Assembly (NCBI GenBank): GCA_030674455.1
Contig: JAUSGQ010000027.1
Location: forward strand, 18,786-82,785
Direction: 5' to 3'
Length of the DNA stretch: 64,000 bases
Source of the DNA: a bacterium
GTDB lineage: Bacteria > Patescibacteriota > Minisyncoccia > Phycocordibacterales > UBA2100
Part shown: piece by piece, positions 18,697 through 27,629 of the stretch
Numbering within the stretch: the first letter of the stretch is position 1
How the letters are laid out: every line of letters begins with the position of its first letter
Position numbers and translations under genes: made by a program
Notes under the pieces: model-generated
What the model saw: the letters and a program-made list of their open reading frames with translations, nothing else
Told to the model about the DNA's origin: nothing
Database searches by the model: none

Positions 18697-18699
18697 GGG

Positions 18700-18733
18700 C
18701 AAACGGCTCAATTACCAGTAATTGAGCCGTTTG
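18700..18733. repeat. 34-bp perfect palindrome CAAACGGCTCAATTAC-ca-GTAATTGAGCCGTTTG
   Basis: 16-bp arms. Related AACGGCTCA / TGAGCCGTT half-sites recur at about 19600-19640 and 19826-19860, near the wHTH gene. Confidence 0.8.
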
Positions 18734-18817
18734 GGTTCAAATGCAATTCAGAATTGAGCCTCGTGCATTCTATTGTCGCTAGTGGCCCAGCCCACGGGGT
18801 GTCACCCTCGGCATCCG

Positions 18818-19185
18818 CCTCGGGCATTTCCGCTAGGGCTACGAGCGCCTAGATGCCTAGGTGCGCTGCTATTCCGCGCCATTTCCCGCGTGCTCGCGGG
18901 TGGCGCGGGCAGCGCCTCTATTTGGGGAGAGGAAGTTATCCTCTCCCCAGCGTCGGGCTCATCCTCGCATTGCTTTCGTTGCGTGCGTCGTTGTGTCCAC
19001 TGGTTTCGGTTTGCGTGTGTTAGTGCCTCGCATTAGCTGGCCTTCGGATTCCGCCACTCGCACAACCCCTCTCCTCGTTTGCATTCTTGCTTTTAGTTTG
19101 TCGCTTCCGCTTATGGATTTTGTAACTCCGATTAACGGAGGCGCTCGTCCGTAGGGCGTGGGCGCCCTAGCGGAAATGCCCGATG
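18818..19185. repeat. About 370-bp GC-rich non-coding segment bounded by 21-bp inverted repeats (CCTCGGGCATTTCCGCTAGGG / CCCTAGCGGAAATGCCCGATG)
   Basis: 20/21 inverted match, internal hairpins (GGGGAGAGG-aagttat-CCTCTCCCC), and no credible ORF on either strand. Confidence 0.6.
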
Positions 19186-19278
19186 CGCTGCCGATGCGCT
19201 TGCCCCACCCACCGTGCGCGCGCAAAATTTCCGCCGTGGAAGAATTAAACACGGCGGAACTCCCTTGCAAACAAAATT

Positions 19279-19824
19279 CTAAATCTTTTCGTAAACAACG
19301 CCGATACCAGTTTTCCCAACTTGTTTTATTTTTCCATCTTTCTCCAATGCAGAAAGATACCTCGTCGCCGTCGCGTCCGAGACATGCAAGAGTTTCTCCA
19401 CTTCGTCGTTTGTGACTTTGCCCTTCTTTTCCAATTCGGTCATTATCTTTTCGAGTTTGATTTTCTTTCTGCTTTGGATCGTCGCACGGGCTTTCGATAG
19501 TACATCACGACCGAGATTTACGATTGGCGCAACAACCGATACTGGCGCACTCGGCTGCGGCGCTGGTTGCTGCTCCGGTAACGGCTTGTCGTGAGCGGAG
19601 TCGAACGGCTCACTCGTAGCGGGTAACGGCTCATTTCTTCCCATTTGAGCCGTTTGCGTTGGCCCGCCGAAGCCTTGTGCGGAGGGGGCGGGTTCAAGTG
19701 GTGCTTCAACCACTGGTTCGTTTTGCGTTACCTCCGGTGTTGTGGGAGCCGGTGCCGCCTCCGGCGGCGGTATCACTGGTTCTTCCGCAGGTGGGAGAAC
19801 GGGCGATGTATCTTCGTCGGCCAT
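19279..19824 (-). CDS. Winged-HTH DNA-binding protein with Pro-rich N-terminal region
   Basis: C-terminal MTELEKKGKVTNDEVEKLLHVSDATATRYLSALEKDGKIKQVGKTGIGVVYEKI matches the wHTH fold found in Fic/DeoR-associated regulators. N-terminal 110 aa are low-complexity P/A/E-rich. Confidence 0.55.
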   Translation of the reverse strand: MADEDTSPVLPPAEEPVIPPPEAAPAPTTPEVTQNEPVVEAPLEPAPSAQGFGGPTQTAQMGRNEPLPATSEPFDSAHDKPLPEQQPAPQPSAPVSVVAPIVNLGRDVLSKARATIQSRKKIKLEKIMTELEKKGKVTNDEVEKLLHVSDATATRYLSALEKDGKIKQVGKTGIGVVYEKI

Positions 19825-19940
19825 GGCTCAATTCTAACTCATCAAACGGCTCATATAGTGGGGACATGAATGCCGTCTACAGGTGCCTATCTCAAACGAT
19901 AGGCCTTGCTTTTTCCGTAGAAAGTGGTATAATTAAATAG

Positions 19941-20069
19941 TTAAAGTTCCTCCGCGAGTTCAATCGCTTCGTCTTCGTCCAAACCTTCGTCAATCAATTC
20001 TTGCGCTTTCTCCGCGACATCCTCGTCCACCTCGTGTTCTTTCATCAATCGTTTCGTTTCTTCGTCCAT
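19941..20069 (-). CDS. 42-aa highly acidic peptide (MDEETKRLMKEHEVDEDVAEKAQELIDEGLDEDEAIELAEEL)
   Basis: Not in the ORF track (<60 aa). Its ATG lies 2 nt after the stop of the DUF4263-like gene (TGA-gc-ATG), implying translational coupling. The peptide is about 40% Asp/Glu. Confidence 0.5.
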   Translation of the reverse strand: MDEETKRLMKEHEVDEDVAEKAQELIDEGLDEDEAIELAEEL

Positions 20070-20071
20070 GC

Positions 20072-21220
20072 TCACTTGGATTTTTCAATATTATTGAGTG
20101 CATTTCTCGCCCTCTCCAACAGGTCATCGTAGGTTAGAATTTCTATTCCGTGATGGTACGAAAGTAATCTCCTCATATATTTCGGGTGATTGTCGGATTT
20201 TTGCTTAGTGCCTTCTATAGCATCCTTTGATCGTCTGCCAATCAAAAGAATACCTTTTGGTCGGTAATATTTCTGATGACGGTCTTCCAGGATTTCCTGC
20301 TCCGTTTCGTCATCCAGTTCCGAAGTATAAGCCGAGTAGTAAAATTCGAGATAACTTATGAGTTGACCCAACGCCTCAGCACACTTCGGCGCAAGAAACC
20401 TCCTGTCCATTTCGTCCACACGCAAGACTTCTTCCCCCGGCAACTTAACCTCCAGAACATCACTTAGGCCATCTACTCTCTTGAGTCGTCCGTCTGGAAT
20501 TTCTTCGCCAGCTTTCTTATAGTCATAGCTCGTGTATTCAGGACCGAATATCCATGGAATCTTCTTGAGTTCAGCTTGGATATCCGAAACTTCTCGCGAA
20601 GTTGGATTATCCAAAATCGCCTCAAAATCGTCGAGCTCTTTTCGCCGTTTTCCAATAATATCTTCGGTAAAGCCGATGGTCAACAACTTCTCCTCACCAC
20701 TACCCTTAACTATTTCTTCAACAATCTTGTCGATTGCTTTTGTTCCTCCGGGACTTTGAGCAATAACTGCTGTCTTACGCACAAGGTCATCGGTATCAAT
20801 TTCTTTATCGGAAAAAATAACAGTCGCGATTTTTGCATCAAAACTAACGCCCAACAGTTTATTTTGTTCCGTCAAGAAAGTATAGAGACCTGCCACCTCA
20901 TCTTCGCGCAGAGAAAAGTCTCTCTGTCTTTCCCAACTGTTTTGATCCGAGGTTTTATTTCTCTTAAATCTGTATAGGTCTATATCATAGTGGTGGACTT
21001 TCCCGGCTGAGTCTGGAATGTGTAGAGCAGTCACGACCGTCTTGATGCGGTCAGTGTTCTTGATAAATCTTGTTGCGCTTGCGAAGCCACCACTTTTGAG
21101 TTGGGCTGTACAATCATCAACTGTAATATCGCTTCCAGATTTTAGGCGGGACAACAGGTAACCGCCAAAATCGCCATAAGTTTCCTTAAATGAGGGTAAA
21201 ATTTCCTTCCAATTAATCAT
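20072..21220 (-). CDS. DUF4263 (Shedu SduA-like) PD-(D/E)xK nuclease-domain protein
   Basis: The C-terminal half carries IFGPEY...DGLSDVLEVKLPG (D..E-x-K), then KGILLIGRRS and a terminal IEILTYDDLLERA matching the DUF4263 pattern. The N-terminal half has no recognisable family. Confidence 0.5.
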   Translation of the reverse strand: MINWKEILPSFKETYGDFGGYLLSRLKSGSDITVDDCTAQLKSGGFASATRFIKNTDRIKTVVTALHIPDSAGKVHHYDIDLYRFKRNKTSDQNSWERQRDFSLREDEVAGLYTFLTEQNKLLGVSFDAKIATVIFSDKEIDTDDLVRKTAVIAQSPGGTKAIDKIVEEIVKGSGEEKLLTIGFTEDIIGKRRKELDDFEAILDNPTSREVSDIQAELKKIPWIFGPEYTSYDYKKAGEEIPDGRLKRVDGLSDVLEVKLPGEEVLRVDEMDRRFLAPKCAEALGQLISYLEFYYSAYTSELDDETEQEILEDRHQKYYRPKGILLIGRRSKDAIEGTKQKSDNHPKYMRRLLSYHHGIEILTYDDLLERARNALNNIEKSK

Positions 21221-21223
21221 AAG

Positions 21224-24200
21224 TCATTTAATCGGCCATGTGGGGATGGCTTTGTCTATTTCGCCCATGATACGGATTGTTTCGCGGAGGGAAACGACGA
21301 TTTTCATGTAGTGCTTTAGGTCGTCGGTAGAGAGCGTTCGCTCAGCTTTCTTACGGTCTTTGAGCCATTTCTCACATACTTGATAGCCGCCGATCATAAA
21401 CTCCCACACTTCTTTTTCGATACCCTCAAAGTATTGCCCTTGATTTACATAGACACGCAGTTCTTTTCCTTCGTATCGAGCCTCCGTTACTTTCCAATCG
21501 TCAAGATTAGCGGGAGCAGTACCGTCTATTTTGACATTCCATTTATTTGGCTCATCAAGAATAGTTTTTGATGCATCGAACGGATTTTCGCCAAGCAAAT
21601 GCAGGTTCACAAGCTCGTTTCCGAGCGCGACAAGTCGCTTGAAAATCTCCTTGTTGCTCGTGATAGGGAGACGGGGGAAATCAATCTTCAATTGTTCGGC
21701 GTAGCGCGTGCGATAGGTTGGCGAATGAAATACGGCGTAGGTGTAATAGAAAATGTCCTCGGGTCCAAAGGTTTTTACGATATCGCCTCGGCCCTCATGA
21801 ACGAATGTCAGCCCAAGATTCTCTTGTAAATCCCCAATCAATGTTTTGGAGAAATTCGACAATCGCTCCTCTCTCTTCAATAAAGATGGATTTGTAGACT
21901 CCGGGTAAAGATAGAGTGGAATGCTTACATTTCCTCCTCTATAGAACATATTTAGATCGCTGATTGCGTTTGAACAAAAGGCGAGATTCCAACCTGCTCC
22001 CCCTACAGCGTTTCCTGCTCTGCCTACACAGAGCGACAGGTTTGGAAACGTCATGTGTCGCATGACTTTTGTTCGAGGCCAGTCAACAGCATTTATATCC
22101 CAAAGAATGTAGCGTCTATCAAATGGGTTGTAGTCGTATGAATATATCAGTGACTGCCAGTTTATTGTCGATAGATTTCTTCTGGCTTTTGGCAATTTCC
22201 ATCCGCGGGTGTCTTTGAGTTGGAATTCATCTCTGACTTCTCTGTCGAGAGATTTTAAATCGGTAAAGCTACGGAATCTATTTATAAGCTCATTTTTTGA
22301 GAATGCAATTGCAAAATTATCTCGCGAGGTTTGAACACCGGTGGTTTTGAGTTTAGGATTTGAAACTGTCTCCTCAATCCCAAAGAGGCGGCCATATTCA
22401 TCCCCACCTTGAGAGTCCTCAAAGATGTACATCGGAGCAGATGGCTTCACTTCATCCCAATCGGTAGTTTGCAAGTCAGTAGTGGCAAGTCGTTCCCATT
22501 TATCAGCTCTCTTGCCCCGTAAATGCGCCTTAAAAATCTTTTTCTCAAGACCACGTTTCTTGATGAGGAAAATTATTGAAGTTCCAACACCAGCGACTTG
22601 CTCAAACACGTTTTGATCTTCCTCCTTTCTTTTTGCGCTTCCGTGTAAATCGTATATGTAAATCTGGTCGAAAGAGTTGATAAGGTGGTAGCGCATCCCT
22701 CGAAATGTTGGGTTGTCGACGAAGCCATTATTGGTAATGAGTCCGATGACCCCCTCTCCATGTTGCTCAATTTTCCATTGGGTAAATCGAATAAATTTTA
22801 CATAATCATCGCCAAGCCAATGCTTCCTCTCTTTGAAATGCCTGCCCGTGATCCTGTTGCCGTCTGTATATTTGTAATCTTCGATCAGGTCGCCGATCCA
22901 AGTCTTGATTTTCTTTTTCCGTGTTTTTCCATTCTTAAGAGTTTCTAAGATGGTTGTCTCGACGGCGTTTTGAGAAATTCCAGAATAAGGAGGATTACCC
23001 AATACCACCAAAATAGGCACATCCCGCTTTACTGTTTGTGCTTTCTCTGACTCGTGTGGGATTGAATCAAAACCGAAGAGTTTTTGGGGTGGTTTATTTG
23101 GGTCGTCGAGTGTGTTAGCAAGATACACCTTGAAGCGGTCGTTGTCTGAATCATCATCACTTGCAGTAAGTTTGAAATCAAAACCCAAGTGCTCAATTTC
23201 AAGAGTAAGTTTCAAATGGGCAATTGCATAAGGAGCTATTAGTAATTCGAAGCCGTAGAAATGTTTGAGAATGTGATTACCGACGATTTTGTTAAACTCG
23301 CGCGACACCATCTCATCTCCCAGCGCCTCATTCTCCTTTTTAGTATTCCAATAAATCTGTTGGATAGCGGACATGAGAAATGTTCCGGTGCCGGTGGCCG
23401 GATCGAGAAGGTTTACCGATTCATCAGCAAGCCCTTTTTCTTTCCCGAATTTATTACGGAGAATCCAATCAACGCTTCGCACGATGTAGTCCACGACTGG
23501 CTTCGGCGTGTAATACACTCCACGCGCCTCGCGCTCTTTTGGGTCATACTCGGCAAGAAACGGCTCGTAAAATTGGATAACAGGGTCTTCGCCCGGCTTG
23601 TGCTCAACAAGTTTTTGTCGGATGCGTTCGATTTCTGAAGCGTTTAACTGGTCTACAAGAAGCTGTGTAGATTGAGCAATGTTCGGAATCGCAGAGGCAA
23701 CTTTTTTAATCAAGCCGTATAAGTCGGCAAGAATGGGCACGTTAGTTGGAAGATAGTCAATTGCATTCGTGAGCGTAAGTTCTGTGTCGTTTCCTCTGTG
23801 TTCGTGCTCAAGAGCTGACAAGAACAAAGAATATGCCATGGTTTCTGCGACCATGTTCGCAAATTGGTGCGAGGAGATATCTTGAATAAGCGTTTTCTCA
23901 AATGTTTCTTTGAGTTTCCAAAGGTCTGTTTTTTCGTCAGTCATTTCTATCGCCTCTTCCACCTGCTTTGAAAGTAGACGTGTCTTTTTTGCGAGGGCGA
24001 GGGCAAGCTGTTTGGGCGTTCGTGCCTGATAAGCATGTCCCTCAAAAAACTTCACTAGAAATTGCTCAAATTGTTCCGAGGTTGTGCCATTTAAAGCGGT
24101 AAGATCAAAAACCACCTCGCTCGTTTTCTTTGGTTCGCCGTCTTCCCATTGCCAAAGTTGCCACTCACGCAGGTTAGTAAAGATTATATTCTCAAGAGAT

Positions 24201-24556
24201 TCTTTGTATTTAGAAAATTGGTCGTGGAATTTATCCGCGTTGAGATTTCTTTCGTCAGGCATTTTTACCTCAACCCATCCTATAAGGTCGTTTCTATTTC
24301 GTATAGTTATATCGGGGAAGCCGATTTTCTTTTCGTATTGAGTCGTTGTTTCTTCTGGTGTCGCATGAGTATCACGCAATTTGACGGCATCGCTTTTTGC
24401 GAACTCCTCAAAAAATCCACAAAGAATTGGGTAGTAAGATCGTTCCGTTGCTGTGTCTCGGATTCTCGCTATCTTTTGTTTTGTTTGTTCAATAAGTATA
24501 TTCATAGCGTTATGCAAGTATAGAAAAATGAACCGAGGCAATTCGCTCGCGTTCAA
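21224..24556 (-). CDS. MmeI-like Type IIL/IIG restriction-modification protein (PD-ExK nuclease + N6-adenine MTase + TRD)
   Basis: N-terminal D82..E96-V-K98 (FPDITIRNRNDLIGWVEVK). MTase motif I LLDPATGTGTFL and motif IV VLGNPPYSG. About 500 aa of C-terminal target-recognition region. An alternative start at M18 (24505) would remove the overlap with the SNF2 gene. Confidence 0.7.
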   Translation of the reverse strand: MNASELPRFIFLYLHNAMNILIEQTKQKIARIRDTATERSYYPILCGFFEEFAKSDAVKLRDTHATPEETTTQYEKKIGFPDITIRNRNDLIGWVEVKMPDERNLNADKFHDQFSKYKESLENIIFTNLREWQLWQWEDGEPKKTSEVVFDLTALNGTTSEQFEQFLVKFFEGHAYQARTPKQLALALAKKTRLLSKQVEEAIEMTDEKTDLWKLKETFEKTLIQDISSHQFANMVAETMAYSLFLSALEHEHRGNDTELTLTNAIDYLPTNVPILADLYGLIKKVASAIPNIAQSTQLLVDQLNASEIERIRQKLVEHKPGEDPVIQFYEPFLAEYDPKEREARGVYYTPKPVVDYIVRSVDWILRNKFGKEKGLADESVNLLDPATGTGTFLMSAIQQIYWNTKKENEALGDEMVSREFNKIVGNHILKHFYGFELLIAPYAIAHLKLTLEIEHLGFDFKLTASDDDSDNDRFKVYLANTLDDPNKPPQKLFGFDSIPHESEKAQTVKRDVPILVVLGNPPYSGISQNAVETTILETLKNGKTRKKKIKTWIGDLIEDYKYTDGNRITGRHFKERKHWLGDDYVKFIRFTQWKIEQHGEGVIGLITNNGFVDNPTFRGMRYHLINSFDQIYIYDLHGSAKRKEEDQNVFEQVAGVGTSIIFLIKKRGLEKKIFKAHLRGKRADKWERLATTDLQTTDWDEVKPSAPMYIFEDSQGGDEYGRLFGIEETVSNPKLKTTGVQTSRDNFAIAFSKNELINRFRSFTDLKSLDREVRDEFQLKDTRGWKLPKARRNLSTINWQSLIYSYDYNPFDRRYILWDINAVDWPRTKVMRHMTFPNLSLCVGRAGNAVGGAGWNLAFCSNAISDLNMFYRGGNVSIPLYLYPESTNPSLLKREERLSNFSKTLIGDLQENLGLTFVHEGRGDIVKTFGPEDIFYYTYAVFHSPTYRTRYAEQLKIDFPRLPITSNKEIFKRLVALGNELVNLHLLGENPFDASKTILDEPNKWNVKIDGTAPANLDDWKVTEARYEGKELRVYVNQGQYFEGIEKEVWEFMIGGYQVCEKWLKDRKKAERTLSTDDLKHYMKIVVSLRETIRIMGEIDKAIPTWPIK

Positions 24557-27500
24557 ATTCCATTTGTAGTTTACCCCGAAGATCCTTTTCTTTGATGTTC
24601 GCTCCGCGCATCTGGTCTTCTTGAGCTTTAATATATTTCTTCTGTGCGCGAAAGAGTTCCTGCTGTTTCTTACTTATTTGGTCTTGAATCTGAAGTCTTT
24701 CGTGATGTCCCAAAGTACGAGAAGCACGCACTGTCTTTTTTAGGTCGTTAATTTCTTTCCGCCGGACATCCATTTCTTGCTGAAACTTTAAGAGTGACTC
24801 TTCCACGAATTGGTTCAGGCGGTCCATTTCCTCAAAAATGTATTGCTCATTATCAGAGGTAATGCTCCCTTTTTCTTTAGTTACTCGTTTTGTGGCGACA
24901 TCCTCAAGGTCGTCGCGTAGACGGCTATCTATTCTCTCTTCATGGACAACATCGAGCGCAAACAACTTTTCAAGTCGAGAATGCTCTATTGGTTTCCACT
25001 CCGCTCCGTCTTTGTAAAGTCCTGAAAGGATTATTTTTTCGAATCTTTCTTGGGCATTATTTACTGTAAGGCGTTTGCAATTCAACAAATCAAAGGCAAT
25101 CTGACACTCTTTACCAACAAGATCTTCAAAAGGATGTCGTTTTTTGTCCGAACTGTGCCGAACAGATATTTTCCAAGTGCCACGCATCTTTTTGTCTCCC
25201 TCCAGTTTTTCTTTGATAAAGGGCTCTTTGTTTGTGGCTGGTTTATAGCCACTCAACTTTTCTTCCTCTTTTAGGCTACCGAGATAGTATGTCCGACCGT
25301 CATAATCAAAAATATTTTCTGCACGATAAGAAATTCCATTTCCAAATGAAATATCTATATATCGGCGAAGCAATGAGTCATACCGGTCAAGCGAGTCTGT
25401 AAGCTGTTGTTTTCTTAAGCGCAATTTCCGTCTAACTTCTTCATCAAAATGCTGCACAACTTTGCGTTGAGCATCTTCTACTTTTTCTTGGATAACATCA
25501 AAAAGCTCGAGCTGTAACTGTTGAAATCCGTTTTCAATCTCTTTTTCTGTGCGGCACTTTCTATATATATCAAGAATTTTTCTCTCAAAATCGAGTCCGG
25601 CTCCAAGCCCCGCAAGGGCCACCTCGCGAACTTCATAGCCATCGTCTGTAAGTTGTTCTGTTCCAAGCATTTGATCGCTGAAATCAAACAGGTTACCGAA
25701 TAGCTTAATTTTTTCACTTAAAAGTTCGTAGACTCTCTGGTCGGCGTAGTTGCGTTTGTTTAGGAAGTTAATAACCATCACATCTAATTTTTGGCCATAT
25801 CGATGACAACGGCCAATGCGCTGTTCAACGCGTTGAGGATTCCACGGTAAATCGTAGTTAATGACAATATTCGCAAACTGCAAGTTTAATCCCTCTGCCC
25901 CCGCCTCGGTTGTAATGAGAATCCCTTTTTTTAACGATTGAAACTTCCAAATAAGTGCTTTCCGCAAGTTGATTGATTTTGACCCTTCCTCGGCTTCTTT
26001 GGGAAATTCGCGTTGCCATTCCTCAAAAATCTCACGGGCGCGTTTTCCTGCGTTTGTTCCATTGAACAAAACAAGCTCGTACCCAATTCCTCCAAGAAGC
26101 TTTTCTAGGTGATCTTGTGTACGACGCGATTCGGTAAATATGACCGCCTTTTGTGGCCATTCTTGTTTCTCAGCATGTTTGAAAACTTTTCCGAGCACAC
26201 GAACGAGGGCTTGGCTTTTTTGGTTCTTATCAATCGTTGAGGCAAGGAAATGATAGTTTAGAACATCGCGAAGCTCACGTAAGACTTCTTCCTTTGTAAA
26301 TATGTGATCAATCTCTCTTTCAACAAACTTTTTTGAATCGTCGTCCAGCAATTCGTCCTCTCCAAGGTCGTCGGCATCTTCCGATTCCTCCTCAATTTTT
26401 GATAGATCTTCCTCTGTATCATCTAACCCGGGGAGAGTTTCTTGCTCGTTTTCTTTTTCAGCAGGGTCATATTTAGGAAAAGTAACTTTTGAAAGCTTTT
26501 TGTTCCACCTGTTCTCTGCTTCAGTCTGCTCCTGATCGGCAAGAGCGTTGAGTTCATCCTGAGTTACTTCAAATTCTTGCTGTAAACGCTTTGCAAGGAA
26601 ATGAGAAACTTTGTAAAGCGTTCCAGCGATAGCGAAACTCGAACTCGCGAGTATTTTTCGGTATACAAGCTCCATCATGTTTCGCTGAGTTGCCCTTGTA
26701 GACGCGAGATACGGCCGTCGCAAGTACTCGCTCACGTTATTGTAAAGATCCACCTCGTCGTCGTTTGGTGCAAAGTCTTCGGTAATGCTGTAGCGATTGG
26801 TAAACGCAACAAGTCCCTTGACCTGCTTGCGTAATGTTCTAGTCAAGATTCCACCGCTCGGTTCACCGGACTCTGGGTCAATAGTTCCCATTAGTCGTTC
26901 TTTTAATTGAAGCAATCTTTCTGTTTTGTTCTGTTTTTTCACAGGATTTGCGAAAAGTGTCTTGAACGAGTATTCCGTACCAAGATAATTTTCGTCAAGG
27001 AAACTTGTCAGCCCAAACAACTCCATGAGGTTATTCTGTAGAGGCGTTGCTGTTAAGAGTATTTTTGGCCTTCCTTTTAGGACCTCACGAATTTTCTTTG
27101 CGGTTTTATTGGTCTTTCTCCAAACATTTCGCAAGCGGTGTGCCTCGTCAATGACAACAAGATCCCATGTGATGGTTGCACAGATAAAATCGTATCGATA
27201 AGCAAAGTTGTGTGAAGCAATGAAGATACCCCCGTCTTCCAACGGGTTAGCTTTCATTTGTTCTTTTTGCATTTTTTTCAAAATTGGACCGTCAAGAATT
27301 TTGCTTTCAAGATAAAAACGGTTTCGCAGTTCGTCTTGCCATTGCGTACGAAGTGAGGCGGGCACGAGAATCAATATCTTCTGACGCCCCTCTGTCATAA
27401 GTTGATCTATGACTAGTCCTGCCTCAATTGTCTTTCCTAGCCCAACCTCATCGGCCAAAATTGCCCCTCTTGAAAGAGGGCTCTTAAATGCGAAAATTGC

Positions 27501-27629
27501 GGCATCAACCTGATGCGGGTTTAGGTCAATATTTGCCGCTCGAATGGAATTGTTGAGCTTCTCTCTGTCAGAAATTGATTTCTTCTCCGTGAGAGCATGA
27601 GCTAAATATGTTTTAAAAAGTTCCGACAT
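24510..27629 (-). CDS. SNF2-family helicase/translocase with about 450-aa C-terminal coiled-coil extension
   Basis: Motif I ADEVGLGKT, motif II VVIDEAHRLRN, LLTATPLQNNLMELF, and helicase-C motif VI QRIGRCHRYGQ. The C-terminal 450 aa are charged and coiled-coil with no known domain. Confidence 0.8.
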   Translation of the reverse strand: MSELFKTYLAHALTEKKSISDREKLNNSIRAANIDLNPHQVDAAIFAFKSPLSRGAILADEVGLGKTIEAGLVIDQLMTEGRQKILILVPASLRTQWQDELRNRFYLESKILDGPILKKMQKEQMKANPLEDGGIFIASHNFAYRYDFICATITWDLVVIDEAHRLRNVWRKTNKTAKKIREVLKGRPKILLTATPLQNNLMELFGLTSFLDENYLGTEYSFKTLFANPVKKQNKTERLLQLKERLMGTIDPESGEPSGGILTRTLRKQVKGLVAFTNRYSITEDFAPNDDEVDLYNNVSEYLRRPYLASTRATQRNMMELVYRKILASSSFAIAGTLYKVSHFLAKRLQQEFEVTQDELNALADQEQTEAENRWNKKLSKVTFPKYDPAEKENEQETLPGLDDTEEDLSKIEEESEDADDLGEDELLDDDSKKFVEREIDHIFTKEEVLRELRDVLNYHFLASTIDKNQKSQALVRVLGKVFKHAEKQEWPQKAVIFTESRRTQDHLEKLLGGIGYELVLFNGTNAGKRAREIFEEWQREFPKEAEEGSKSINLRKALIWKFQSLKKGILITTEAGAEGLNLQFANIVINYDLPWNPQRVEQRIGRCHRYGQKLDVMVINFLNKRNYADQRVYELLSEKIKLFGNLFDFSDQMLGTEQLTDDGYEVREVALAGLGAGLDFERKILDIYRKCRTEKEIENGFQQLQLELFDVIQEKVEDAQRKVVQHFDEEVRRKLRLRKQQLTDSLDRYDSLLRRYIDISFGNGISYRAENIFDYDGRTYYLGSLKEEEKLSGYKPATNKEPFIKEKLEGDKKMRGTWKISVRHSSDKKRHPFEDLVGKECQIAFDLLNCKRLTVNNAQERFEKIILSGLYKDGAEWKPIEHSRLEKLFALDVVHEERIDSRLRDDLEDVATKRVTKEKGSITSDNEQYIFEEMDRLNQFVEESLLKFQQEMDVRRKEINDLKKTVRASRTLGHHERLQIQDQISKKQQELFRAQKKYIKAQEDQMRGANIKEKDLRGKLQMEFERERIASVHFSILA

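Noticed and set aside
18431-19270. Numerous 60-100-aa ORFs on both strands across the repeat/GC-rich block (e.g. 18493-18711, 18773-19036, 18959-19270)
   Set aside because: They overlap each other and the inverted repeats, have Arg/Pro/Ala-rich translations typical of GC-rich non-coding DNA, and show no start-site context. They were treated as non-coding repeat sequence.
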